Shown: positions 51,366 through 64,000, counted from the stretch's first letter. The stretch is 64,000 nucleotides of DNA from Octopus vulgaris (GCA_951406725.2 OX597814.1:185752001-185816000), one strand, 5' to 3'. A program made the numbers and translations. The notes: generated by a model from the letters alone, not told the origin.

Positions 51366-52082
51366 TGAGTACGTGTGTGTGTATTGGCATAAGCTTAACT
51401 TTTGTTTTTTTCTTTGCTCTCTCTCTCTCCATTTCAATGTTTTCCAGGATCAATCAGTATTGATGTTTTTCCAATAACAATCTCGGTGACACACAACTGT
51501 AATAGATACAATGAAGTGTCAGTTACTGACAAGGTCTTAGTCGTATAACAAAAGAACTTGATGCTTAACAGTAACGATGACGACGATGATGATAAGGATG
51601 ATGATGATGATGATGATTATGATTATGGTGATGCTGATGATGATGTCCACTACTTGATGTCAGCTTCTTCATGCTGATGCATTGATTCCAAACAAAGGTA
51701 CAAGGTCACAGTGTGTGCACGTGCAGAGGCGTTGATACAGTAATATACTTAAGTGCAGGCTAACATACTTCATGGAAGGAACAAAAGTGGAAAAAAAAAA
51801 ATCTCCCTTCTCTATTGAAATTAAACCAGTAATAAGAAAAGCTGTTAATATTAATAACAACAGAGACAACTCAAAGGTGGTGAGCTTGTAGAATTGTCAG
51901 TATAGGCACAGGAGTGGCTGTGTGGTAAGTAGCTTGCTTACCAACCACATGGTCCCCAGGTCCAGTCCCACTGGATGGCACCGTGGGCAAGTGTCTTCTA
52001 CTGTAGCCTCAGGCTGACCAAAGCCTTGTGAGTGGATTTGGTGGATGGAAACTGAAAGAAGCTTGTCGTATATATATATATA

Positions 52083-52368
52083 TCATCATCATCATCATCA
52101 TTTAACATCCGGTTTCCATTGCTAGCATGGGTTGGACGTATGACTGAGGACTGGCAAGCCAGATGGCTGCACCAGGCTCCAATCTTGATCTGGTAGAGTT
52201 TCTACAGCTGGATGCCCTTCCTAACACCAACCACTCCGAGAGTGTAGTGGGTGCTTTTACGTACCACTGGCACGGGGCCAGTCAGGTGGCACTTGCAACA
52301 ACTTCTCTCGAATCTTTTACACATGCCACTAATGCAGGTGCCAGTAAGGCGATGCTGGTAATGATCAC
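52083..52368 (-). mobile_element. RTE 3' UTR fragment inserted at a SINE A internal TA tract
   Basis: Follows SINE A head 51905-52070 and (TA)n. Confidence 0.75.
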
Positions 52369-52369
52369 G

Positions 52370-52411
<42 letters not shown>

Positions 52412-52479
52412 ATGTATAGAATTAAGAGACAAAACCTCTATTAAGTAATTCAATTAATAGTGAAAGATATTATCTATAA

Positions 52480-53180
52480 TAAATCAATTCTGCTGAGGTC
52501 GACATAACTAATATTCTTTTCTACTCTAGGTACAAGGCACGAAATTTTAGGGGAGGGGTACAACTGGTACTTAATTTATTGACTCCCAAAATGATGAAAG
52601 GGAAAGTTGACTTCAGCGGAAATTGAACTCGGAACATTAAGACAGATGAAATACCTCTAAGCATTTTGCCCAGCATGATAATGATTCTGCCAGCTCGCTG
52701 CCTTAACGTAACTAATATTCTTTTCCCCTCTAGGCACAAAGCCCGAAATTTTGGGGGAGGGAGCCAGTCAATTAGATCAATTCCAGTATGCAACTGGTAC
52801 CTTATTAATCAACCCCAAAAGGATGAAAAGCAAAGTTGCCCTAGGCGGAATTTGAACTCAGAACATAAAGACAGATGAAATACCGCTAAGCCTTTTGCCT
52901 GGCATGCTAACATTTCCGACAGCTCGCCACTTTAACATAACTAATATTAATGACAACTCTAAGGTGGTGAGCTTGCAGAGCTGTTAGCACACATGGCAAA
53001 AGGCTTATCGCCATTTCATCCGTCTTTACATTCTGAGTTCAAATTCCCCTAAGGTTGACTTTGCCTTTCATCTCCTTGAGGTCAATAAAAGAAGTACCAG
53101 TTGATTACTGGTATACATGTAATCAACTTAACCCTTTCCCTGCCGCAAAATTACTGGCCTTGAGCCAAAATTGGAAATCA
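52480..53180. mobile_element. Cluster of family B SINEs (two tandem minus copies, one plus copy)
   Basis: Repeated aacataactaatatt junctions and Meta-like domains. Confidence 0.75.
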
Positions 53181-53664
53181 ATACTAATGACAATTCTACT
53201 CAAAAACAGCTAAGGGAGAGAACTTAAAAACTAAACAAGCCAAAATTGAGATGAAGAACTGCATTGTGGGTGAGTCTCCTGTTTTGTAAGAATAACATTT
53301 CTGGACATGTTTCTTCCTCGGGAAACATAATCTATCAAATATCTACTAGTTCTTACCTTTGTCTTTATTGACAGGAATTGTCATTAATACTTAATTTTCC
53401 CTTCCTTATAAGTATAAATTTGGTTCATTAAAAATTCATTTCAGGTCATTACATTCCAAGTATGCTATCCTAGACTAAACTATATGTTATTTATACAGAA
53501 GACATATTCAAGGGAAATTTACCATCTTCATTAATAATACACACACACATATATACATTTATATATATTTATAGTGAGAGTTTACGGAAAAAAACAAAAG
53601 ACAAAGACAGGTGGTGTACAAAGCAAACAGATGTATTAGTATAACGCTCAGGAATAGAAAAAGA

Positions 53665-53700
53665 CTTTTATGTTTCGAGCCTACGCTCTTCTACAGAAAG
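53665..53700 (-). ncRNA. Ultra-short hammerhead variant (CUGUAGA)
   Basis: Minus strand: CTTT CTGTAGA A GAGC GTAG GCTC GAAAC ATA AAAG; downstream flank resembles 20937-21020. Confidence 0.7.
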
Positions 53701-53797
53701 GAACACAGAAAAAACAAGGAGAGAAACAAGGAGAGAAAAAAATGTGTGTAGTGGCTAACGATCTATCATGGCATGTATATATATATATATACACACT

Positions 53798-53843
<46 letters not shown>

Positions 53844-54159
53844 AACACACATATATACATATATGTATACATATAGATAGACATACACATACACAAATAC
53901 ATATATATTCTTTTATTTGTTTCAGTCATTTGACTACGGCCATGCAGGAGCACCACCTTTTGTCGAACAAATCAGCCACAGAACTTATTCTTTGTAAGCC
54001 TAGCACTTAATCTATCAGTCTCTTTTGCCAAACCGCTAAGTTACAGGGACATAAACAAACCAACATCAGTTGTCATGTGATGGTGAGGGAACAAATACAG
54101 ACACACAAACACACACACACACATACGACAGGATTCTTTCAGTTTCTTCTACCAAATCC

Positions 54160-54565
54160 AGATTGATATTTAAATACCGATCTTATCAAGTGGCCAGCAT
54201 GGGAATAAAAACCTTTCAAACGTAATAATTATTTAAAATTATAATTTAGGGTATCTAAGAGATACCTCCATGCTGGAAATAGCTGTCAAAACTTGACTCT
54301 AAAACCACATTAAATGTTCATATAGCACCAGGAGAGAAGATGAAGAGACAAAATAAACTAACAAAAAAAATTTTTGTCTCTTTGTCTTCTCTCCAAGTGC
54401 TGTATGAACATATAATGTGGTTTTAGAGTCAAGTTTTGACTGCTATTCCCAGCGTGGATGTATCTCTTAGTTACCCTAAACTATAATTTTAAATAATTAT
54501 TACCTTTGAAAGGTTTTTATTCCCATGCTGGTCACCTGATAAGATCAGTATTTAAATATCAATCT
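54160..54565. repeat. Foldback inverted repeat, about 194-bp arms and 18-nt spacer
   Basis: agattgatatttaaatac..agagacaaaa pairs with ttttgtctct..gtatttaaatatcaatct; related segments at 25331-25440 and 25938-26075. Confidence 0.9.
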
Positions 54566-55132
54566 CATCCTTATTTATATAAATTTATATATATATATAT
54601 ATATTTCTAATATTTAATAACATAGATAATTATTATTATTAATAACAAAACCAAAATGATTAACGCCAGAGTGTATGTGTGTATTCCTAATAATTACAAT
54701 AACTAGCAGAATGCAATTTTTTTAGAGCCAAAACAAGATCTCCAGTCAACTCGTTCACCAAACAAGTACATTTAGAAGCAAACTGCATGTCTTCCCCATC
54801 ATCACTGCAACCACCACAACCATCACTATCTTCATCATTATCATTATCAACATCACCTTCATCATCAGTATGATCATCATCATCTTCGTCATCAACAGCA
54901 ATAACAGTGTTCTGATTATGAAAATTGGACTCAAGATTTTTCCCTTGATGGATATTTCACTGGGGAGATTACATTCTTGTTATTTATATATTTTTGTCAT
55001 CTTTCACTACCGAATCCAATTCCGCTATCTGGTATTAACTGAAAGGATTTATTGTGCCAACAGGATGAAAAGAGATCACATGTAAGTGAAGACTTAAAAG
55101 TCCATTTCACCTTGATGTGTATGCATGTGTGA

Positions 55133-55170
<38 letters not shown>

Positions 55171-55440
55171 ATTTTATTTTGGAAATGTTACTTTCCTAGA
55201 TGGATTGCTTTTAAGGGAGAATGTTTCAAAAGCAAAACAGAAATCCAAAGACTGGATGAAAATAGAAAACTACATCTACTTCTAGCAGTGCTTCATGGGC
55301 TTTAGCGGTCCATATTCGTGTGTGTGTGTGTGTGTGTGTGCACGCGGGTGTATGTGTGTGTGTTTGTGTGTGTGTTTGTGTGTGTGTATGTGTGAGTGTA
55401 TGTGTGAGTGTGTGTATGTGTGTGTGTTTTTAATGAAATA

Positions 55441-55657
55441 TCGTCGTCATCATCATCATTGTTTAACGTCCGCTTTCCATGCTAGCATGGGTTGGGCGAT
55501 TTGACTGAGGGCTGGCGAACCAGATGGCTGCACCAGGCTCCAATCTTGATCTGGCAGAGTTTCTACAGCTGGATGCCCTTTCTAATGCCAACCACTCCAA
55601 GAGTGTAGTGGGTGCTTTTACATCCACTGGCACAGGTGCCAGTAAGGCGACGCTGGT
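55441..55657 (-). mobile_element. RTE 3' UTR fragment
   Basis: gtttaacgtccgctttccatgctagcatgggttgg. Confidence 0.8.
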
Positions 55658-55660
55658 GTG

Positions 55661-55742
<82 letters not shown>

Positions 55743-55844
55743 TTATAAGAGGTAATGGTATCAGAAAGACCCAAACTTGCTAACCACACAACCATGCCTG
55801 AGCCATGCCCAAATTAACTATTGTTTAACCATCTTCTCACACCA

Positions 55845-55890
55845 TCTCTGATGAAGGGATATAATAAATATCCTAGAAACAGCTGTAAGA
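55845..55890 (+). ncRNA. Minimal hammerhead ribozyme, intact core
   Basis: TCT CTGATGA A GGGATAT AATAA ATATCCT A GAAAC AGCT GTA AGA; palindrome ACAGCTGT; (TA)n about 70 nt downstream. Confidence 0.85.
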
Positions 55891-56084
55891 CCTATTTATA
55901 AATGTTCTAAAATCTACACAGCTTTGGTTCTTTATGCCATTACGGAAAAAAAATTTATGTATATATATATATATATATATATATAGTATATATACATATA
56001 TATACCTACATATACATATATACACTCAGATCAGAAATTTTGAAAATTAAAGGCGTCTATTTACTTTTTGCATGTCTGTGTATG

Positions 56085-56119
<35 letters not shown>

Positions 56120-56724
56120 GCACACACACAAACATACCAGCACACTCACAGAAATATGCCTTCTGCATATTTTCGGTCTACCAAATTCCACTTAAATAGT
56201 ATTGTACAAGACAAAATTATTTCTGAACACTAAAAACAAAAAAGAAAAAAACAAAAACAAAAAACAAAAAAAAAAAAAGAAGGTTCAACAATACTTAGCC
56301 GAAGTGCCACCACACAGCAGGATTGAACCCAGAACCCATATATCTGCAAATGCAAACTTGTTAACCACAGAACCATCCACGCCTGAGCCATGCCCAAACT
56401 TATGAGTACTATCATCCATTATACATGAATACATGAACTAAGCCAGTTGCTACCACTGCTGAACAGATATGTTGCATAATCAAATCCTGATCACTTTATC
56501 ATATTTTACCTTCTGTAAAGCTCCCTCTTTCTGGTTTGTGTTTGTTTCTTCTTCTTTTGTATGCAGCAGAGTAGAAGACCACCCACATAAATGCACTTTG
56601 ACTGTAGCCCTTTCTACATTTGAAGCTAGATGTCAACACACTGAATTGTTGTTACAGCTCTTTACCCAAGGGGCTTTTTCAGCTTTTGGCTGCTTCAGAA
56701 ACGCATCGTTTTATTCATTATATA

Positions 56725-56763
<39 letters not shown>

Positions 56764-56838
56764 CTGTGTGATTTTATGTGTGTGTGTGTATGTGCATGTG
56801 TGTGTCTGTGTGTGCCTGTGTCTGTGTGAGTGTGTAGA

Positions 56839-56886
<48 letters not shown>

Positions 56887-57554
56887 GATAGAGAGAAAGA
56901 GAGATGTATGGATGTTGATGTGTCTGTGTGTGCATATATACATACACACATACACATGCATACATACACACACACACACATATCTATATATATATACATA
57001 TATATATACGTGTGTGTATATATATATATATATACACAGACACACACATATATATCTATATATATATATATATACATATATACATACATACACATACAAC
57101 ACATATATATTCAACACACATACACACGTATATATATCTATATATACACGTATATACATACACACACAACACATATATATTCAACACACACACACACATA
57201 TATATCTATATGTACACATATATAAATACATACACACACAACACATATACATTCAACACACACACACACACACATATGTATGTGCCGCCCAAACAAAGCA
57301 AAACAGAGTAATAATAAGAACAACAACCAAACGATGCAGATCCCAGGACTTATGCCTATTCAAAACACAGAAAATAAAGCAGTGTACACATATTATGTAA
57401 AGTAAGTCCTCAATATACAATAGAAAACAAATATAAAACTAAAACAAATCACCTCATGTACGCAAAGTACACAGATCCGCGATTGGTAATGCAATGAAGG
57501 CACGTAGAGAAAATAAGACAGCAAAAACAAGCAATAAATGAATAAATACATAAA

Positions 57555-57661
57555 ATAATAATGACAACGATGACGATGATGATGATGACAACGACGATGG
57601 CGTTGACAATGATAATAATAATGATGATGATGATGATGATGATGGTAGTAATAACAACAGC

Positions 57662-57737
<76 letters not shown>

Positions 57738-57758
57738 GTAATGGTAATAATAATAATA

Positions 57759-57798
<40 letters not shown>

Positions 57799-57818
57799 TA
57801 ATAATAATAATGATAGTA

Positions 57819-57850
<32 letters not shown>

Positions 57851-57900
57851 GATAATAATAATAATGATAATAATGATAATAATAATAGTAATGGTAATGG

Positions 57901-57962
<62 letters not shown>

Positions 57963-58025
57963 GTAATGGTAATAATAATATTAATAATAATAATAATAAC
58001 AATAATGGCAATAATAACAACAATG
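57555..58025. repeat. Long imperfect (TAA)n microsatellite
   Basis: Direct reading. Confidence 0.95.
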
Positions 58026-58522
58026 TCAATCTTATTACTACAGGGGTTATAGTAGACATTACAAGGACAAGTCAGAAAGGCAGTGAGTGAGGAGGGTCTT
58101 GTAGAATTGAGTATGGGAAGCAGGCGTGAAAAACAAAACAGAATAAAGACCAAAGAATAAATGAAAGAAAAACATATTGTGTAATAGGAGGACAAACTAC
58201 ATAGAGTCAACTGAGGAATTCCACAGATGCCAGGCTATCCTTACTGACAAAAGCAAGAGCCCTCTGCCAGCTGTGCTCCTTGGCCTGCAGCCACATGCTG
58301 AGAACAAGGCCATTCATGTGGACCGTACTCTCTACGGTCGCCCACTTTTCAGTAAAATATACTTGGAAGTAGCATCTCCCTCTTTACCCTCACATTACTC
58401 TTGATGTGAGGCAGCAATCTGCCTCTTAAGTACACAAGTTGAACCTAACCACTTGTGCATACTTAGCTGGTAGATGCATACATAGCAACAGTGGTGACAA
58501 ATCAGTTGCGTGAATGTATGCA

Positions 58523-58940
58523 AGGCGGCGAACTGGCAGAAACGTTAGCACACTGGGGGAGATGCGTAGCCATATTTCGTCTGCCGTTACATTCTGAGTT
58601 CAAATTCTGCCGAGGTTGACTTTGCCTTTCATCCTTTTGGGGTCGATAAATTCAGCACCAGTTACACACTAGGGTCGTTGTAATCGACTTAATCCGTTTG
58701 TCTGTCCTTGTTTGTCTCCTCTGTATTTAGCCCCTTGTGTGTAGTAAAGAAATAGGTATTTCGTCTGCCGCTACGTTCTGAGTTCAAATTCCGCCGAGGT
58801 CGACTTTGCCTTTCATCCTTTTGGGGTCGATAAATTAAGTACCAGTTATGCACTGGGGTCGATGTAATCGACTTAATCCATTTGTCTGTCCTTGTTTGTC
58901 CCCTCTGTGTTTAGTCCCTTGTGGGTAGTAAAGAAATAGG
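58523..58940 (+). mobile_element. Dimeric family B SINE with TSD
   Basis: Full monomer plus head-less second monomer; TSD GTATGCA on both sides. Confidence 0.85.
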
Positions 58941-59127
58941 TATGCATGCAGCCAACCACAGAAAGGCTCACATGTGTACAGGGTTTTACATCATATTTGT
59001 CATCTTCCCTGTCAGTTTTCTCCATGACTTCACAAGATATCACATACCTTGAGCTGTTTATTACCCATTTAGATGTTCGTCAATGCTGCCATAGAATAAA
59101 TCATGGATAAACTTGAACCTGAGATTA

Positions 59128-59492
59128 TTCTTACTCTTTACTCTTTTACTTATTTCAGTCATTTGACCGTGGCCATGCTGGAGCACCACCTTTAGTTGAG
59201 CAAACTGACTTATTCTTTGTAAGCCTAGTACTTATTCTATTGGCCTTTTTTGCTGAACCGCTAAGTTATTGGGATGTTAACACACCAGCATCAGTTGTCA
59301 AGTGATGTTTGGGGGACAACATATACACACGCACATACATATATATTTTTATTTATACATATGTACGACAGGCTTCTTTCAGTTTCTGTCTACTAAATCC
59401 ACTCACAAGGCCTTGGTCGGCCTGAAGCTATAGTAGAAGACACTTGCCCAAGGTGCTACGCAGTGGTACTGAACCCGGAACCATGTGGTTGG
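59128..59492 (-). mobile_element. SINE family A
   Basis: Tail and body; head truncated at TAA tract. Confidence 0.85.
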
Positions 59493-59524
<32 letters not shown>

Positions 59525-59587
59525 TAATAATAATGACATCAGAAAAATGCCTTAGGAATGAGAACCCAGGTTCAAAATTTCCCCAAG

Positions 59588-59631
59588 ACACCTGATGAAA
59601 GCTGAAGGGTATATCAGCCGAAACATTGAGT
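59588..59631 (+). ncRNA. Hammerhead (same family as 16662)
   Basis: ACAC CTGATGA A AGCTG AAGGGTATAT CAGCC GAAAC ATT GAGT. Confidence 0.7.
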
Positions 59632-59814
59632 TAACAACAAACAAGATGAGGACAAATATCTGTCAAATGTATATACCATCATTCGTGTCTGCTACTAATC
59701 CACAATAGAGTGCAAGGGTTGACATCAGACTAGCCATATTACTGAACTAGTAGAGAACTGTTATTGACTGACAACATTCCTGATATCAGGGACCTAATCT
59801 GAATCTTTGTTTAA

Positions 59815-60036
59815 CTCTTTTGTATTCAAACCAGCCACATCTAGCCAAAATATTCTGCCTGTTTTATGCTCAAACTGGCCAAATCTGGCCTTTCACACCA
59901 ACCCTACAATGTCATTCTAAAAATAATCAATCACATTATCAAAATCTTCAAGCTCAATAATAATGCATGATTGATTCCAAACAATGTGAATAAAAAAGAG
60001 TATTACTTTTGACAGAATAATGTGAATGCTACAAGG
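59815..60036 (+). mobile_element. TTAA-flanked (piggyBac-like) MITE
   Basis: TTAA at 59811-59814 and 60037-60040, imperfect TIRs, three copies in the window. Confidence 0.65.
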
Positions 60037-60267
60037 TTAATCCAGAACTTTAGTTTCGTTAAAACAATCAGCCGCAAGAAAGCATGTCTGGCAACCAATA
60101 ACCACACCCAACTCAGCATCAAAGAAATATCTGTAGACGACGCCACTTCAGCAAATTTTTAGTCGTATCATTATACCCAACCTGCCTTGAAAGAGGGTGG
60201 TGACAAATAATAATAATGATAATAATAATAATAATAATGATGATGATGATGATGATGATGATGATAA

Positions 60268-60434
60268 GCTGCAGAAAACAGTGTTATTAGGGACAGCTAG
60301 AATACTTAGGAGGGTTCTTGGCATCTAGGGTTACTTTCTGTAACCCAATAGGAGGGTTCTTGGCATCCAAGGTTACTTATTGTAGCCCGATGTTAGGATT
60401 CTTTTCTTTTCCAACAGTCTAATCTGTTGAATGC
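60268..60434 (+). mobile_element. Dong/R4-like extreme 3' end
   Basis: LQKTVLLGTARILRRVLGI* plus UTR, then (TAA)n. Confidence 0.75.
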
Positions 60435-60469
<35 letters not shown>

Positions 60470-60685
60470 CATCCTTTCGACTGGAAACACAAGGCCTTAA
60501 ATTTTGGGGAAGGGATTAAGTCAGTTACATCGACCCCAGGGTGTAACAGGTACTTATTTAATTGACTTCAAAAGGATGAAAGGCAAAGTCGGCCTTGGCA
60601 AAATTTGAACTCAGAATGTTGTGGCAGATGAAATACCGCTAAGCATTTTGCCTGACGTGTAAACAATTCTGCCAGCATGCCACCT
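60470..60685 (-). mobile_element. SINE family B
   Basis: aggatgaaaggcaaagtcggcc..atttgaactcagaa. Confidence 0.75.
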
Positions 60686-60714
60686 TAATAATAATAATAA
60701 TGATGATGATGATG

Positions 60715-60836
<122 letters not shown>

Positions 60837-60889
60837 AAGAAGAAGAAGAAGAAGAAGAAGAAGAAGAAGAAGAAGAAGAAGAAGAAGAA

Positions 60890-61065
60890 GGAAAGCAACC
60901 ATACTCTGGGATATGCCGATACACACAGATAGAGAAATTAAGGCCAACAGACCAGATATAGTTGTCAGAGATCATGAAGAAAAAAAATGCTTTCTACAAC
61001 TCTGGAGATGTGAATACTATACTCCAGAGTTAGATGAGTTGTAGTGCACCTGAGCACTGTACACA

Positions 61066-61101
<36 letters not shown>

Positions 61102-61463
61102 TGATGTATCAATACCGGCAGATGACAACGTGTCTCTAAAAGAAATGGAGAAACTCTCAAAATACAAAGACCTGGAAATAGAGGTAACTAGAATGTGGAA
61201 CCTGAAAACAGAAACAATTCCTATCATAGTAGGTGCATTAGGCATGATAAAAAAATATTCAGACAAATACATAACAAAAACACCAGGACTTACAAACACA
61301 TATAACATACAGAAAATTGCACTACTAGGCACTGCACACATCCTACGCAGAACACTATCCATACAATAACCATCAGAGCATCACAACAAATCACAGCACA
61401 TACCCAAGGCACAGGGAGCTGCGCTCGGTAGTGAAGTGAAAGCACGCTATAAAAATAAAACTA

Positions 61464-61467
<4 letters not shown>
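60890..61467 (+). mobile_element. Dong/R4-like 3' fragment (RLE domain) with an internal insertion
   Basis: KATILWDMPIHTDREIKANRPDIVVRDHEEKKCFL | IDVSIPADDNVSLKEMEKLSKYKDLEIE..PIIVGALG..IQKIALLGTAHILRRTLSIQ*, UTR, (TAA)n. Confidence 0.9.
60997..61099 (+). mobile_element. Short (TTA)n-tailed insertion inside the RLE coding sequence
   Basis: Removing it restores CFL-IDV in frame; contains inverted segments. Confidence 0.75.
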
Positions 61468-61512
<45 letters not shown>

Positions 61513-61529
61513 TTAATAATAATAATAAT

Positions 61530-61794
61530 TGCCTTGATGCTGTACCAGAGTGGCTCTCATGACTTTTGATCTTTACTGATTGGAAGTGTCATCATGTACA
61601 TTGTGTTGTCTTGGTATAAAAGATCGGCTACAGCAAATATTCTGCTCAATATCACAGAATTGCTTGTCAGTTGTTTGACTTTAACCTGTTGAGCATCTCC
61701 CTTGGTGGCTGACGATATGTGCATCTCTGATCATGAGAAGTAGTGGGGGAGCATCATAGCCGTGTGTTGAAAGGAATTCGTTGAGGTTTGAATA
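61530..61794 (-). mobile_element. Element X, truncated copy
   Basis: Reverse complement of about 6607-6876. Confidence 0.75.
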
Positions 61795-62627
61795 CCCCAG
61801 TAACAATAGAGACAGCCTTTATGTTTGACTCTCATAGTTACCACATCTTAGCAATCTCAATTCTCAGGTCTCTATATTTATCAGTCTTTTCTCTTTCTTT
61901 CATGATAATATGTTGATCTCCTGGCACTGCCACGTCGATTATTAGGCAGTTTTGTTTGTCCCTCCTCAAGGTTATTATATCCAGCTTTCGGTGCTCTAAT
62001 GCCTTGTCTGTGTGAAAGTCAAAGTGTGAAAATCTTGTGCAGAAAGAGTACAAGCACAGACACAACAAGGTAGTCCAAAACTTTCACTGGCTACGATGCC
62101 AGAAGTATGGATACAGGGATATGGGTGCTTGGTACCAAAATACACTAGAAAAGGTAATGGACGAAAAGGTGAAGGCAAAAATACTCTGGACTTTGACTTC
62201 CAGACAGACAAGGCGTTAGAGCACCGAAAGCTGGATATAATAACCTTGAGGAGGGACAAACAAAACCGTTTAATAATCGATGTGGCAGTGCCAGGTGATC
62301 AATATATTATCGTGAAAGAAAAAGAAAAGATTGATAAATATAGAGACAGGAGAATTGAGATCGCTAAGATGTGGCAACTATGAGAGTCAAACATAAAGAC
62401 TGTCTCTATTGTCATTGGGGCAACTTGAAGAAACATCTGGAAACTTTAGAAATACCCTACAAATGCAAAAATCAGCATTACTTGGAACTGCATGCATATT
62501 GCATAAAGTACTGTCTATCTGAGATCCTTGTTGTGACTTGACAGACAATACAAACCCAGGGGTCTGTACACAATATCTTCAATCAACAACATCACAATGT
62601 TGGATACCGGGCAACGTCTTAAATACA
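61795..62627 (+). mobile_element. Dong/R4-like 3' fragment preceded by an inverted duplicate of its RLE segment
   Basis: Plus strand CENLVQKEYKHRHNKV..DFQTDKALEHRKLDII..IIDVAVPGD..KYRD..QKSALLGTA ending in TAA; 61795-62025 is the reverse complement of 62190-62420. Confidence 0.85.
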
Positions 62628-62871
62628 AATAATAATAATTCTTTCTTTTTCATTAAGCATGAAGCCCTAGGGTTTATAAAGGAGAGTAAACAAAAAGTTG
62701 TGACATTCATCCTTTCCCCAAGGGCATTAGCACTTTAATGGCATTATTCCAACTGGAAATCAAAATAATCTGCCACTTCCATTTACTGAAAATATGTTCC
62801 ACCATGTCATAGGCCACATCCTGCCATACATATGTGCACATGTGAGTGCATGTCTTGTATGTGAATATATA

Positions 62872-62872
62872 T

Positions 62873-62916
<44 letters not shown>

Positions 62917-62942
62917 TAGAAAAGATAGATAGATAGATAGAC

Positions 62943-63032
<90 letters not shown>

Positions 63033-63320
63033 ATAGAAAGGTAGATAGATAGATAGATAGATAGACAGACAGATAGACAGATAGATAGAGAGATAGATAG
63101 ACAGACAGACAGAAATACAGGCAGACAGGCAGACAGACAGATAGATAGACAGGCAGGCAGGCAGGCAGGCAGACAGACAGATAGATAGATAGATAGATAG
63201 ATAGAAAGGTAGAGAGATAGATAGATAGGCAGATGGATAGACAGCTAGACAGACAGACAGATGGATAGATAGATAGAAAGGTAGATAGATATATAGATGA
63301 AAGTGGATATATAGATATAT
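62872..63320. repeat. Complex (GATA/GACA/GGCA)n microsatellite
   Basis: Direct reading. Confidence 0.95.
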
Positions 63321-64000
63321 ATAGGTTTGTTCTATGATCCATTAGTCTGTTGGGATACCATTGCAGACTACAGCGATGTAGTGTATCTAGGGCAAGTCAG
63401 CTCGTATGAAGCCCAACCCTCTCAAAGTTACACCCTTGGGAAGATTTGAGATTAGCTAACACAAATTTATGCTGCACTCCCATTGCTTACACAAATGAGC
63501 TGCACTTCCTCATGGTATTCATTTACAGCTAGATAGACTGAGCATGTTGTAACAGGTTTGATGTTGTTTATAGTTTCGTTCACATTTTAAAGTATTTTAG
63601 GTGTTGTTAAGACTAAAATATTGTGAGGATTTATTTTTTTCCATCTTTGCAATATTAAGTGGCTTTTATTGCCTTCCTGTTTACTGTTTACATACTAAAA
63701 CAACAAGATATATTTCAATTTTGAAGATTCTGATTCTAAAACAACATATTTTATTATTATATTTTTTTTGGTGTAATCCTTTCATGCCAACCCACTTGAG
63801 ACCAGCACTAGCTCTTGTACAAAACCTAATACTTTTTTTAAGTATTCATATTTAAATTAAAACGTTCATATTTTTCTCTCAGACTTCTTATGCAAGATTA
63901 TATTCCAAACCCAAACTTAATAATGACAAATTAGTTATTTTCCTAGATCCTACTAAATTTCAAAATTGATGTCAATTCAACACATTCTTCTCAAAAAATT

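Noticed and set aside
56509-56700. Possible minus-strand exon ending AAG|GTAAAA (MWVVFYSAAYKRRRNKHKPERGSFTE)
   Set aside because: Weak donor, no clear acceptor, and no recognisable homology

Overview
Repeat-saturated, AT-rich eukaryotic DNA, most likely intronic or intergenic sequence from an Octopus-type cephalopod. This is inferred from the SINE and RTE repeat families and the extreme (TA)n/(CA)n/(TAA)n content. Almost all ORFs in the supplied track are microsatellite or SINE artefacts. Supported content: (1) one candidate minus-strand host exon (5596-5872) with an ATG and a presequence-like peptide; (2) four R4/Dong-type RLE non-LTR fragments, all beside (TAA)n, one with a 273-codon open frame running off the window start; (3) many RTE 3'-ends and two or three tRNA-derived SINE families; (4) Tc1/mariner relics and MITEs. 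The main unexpected signal is about 20 minimal type-I hammerhead ribozyme motifs from many distinct sequence families. They sit in short non-coding elements that usually end in (TA)n on their 3' side and have palindromic stem III sequences, the architecture known from Penelope-like element pLTRs and retrozymes. Several have intact catalytic cores. All calls were read by eye, with no database search or folding computation.
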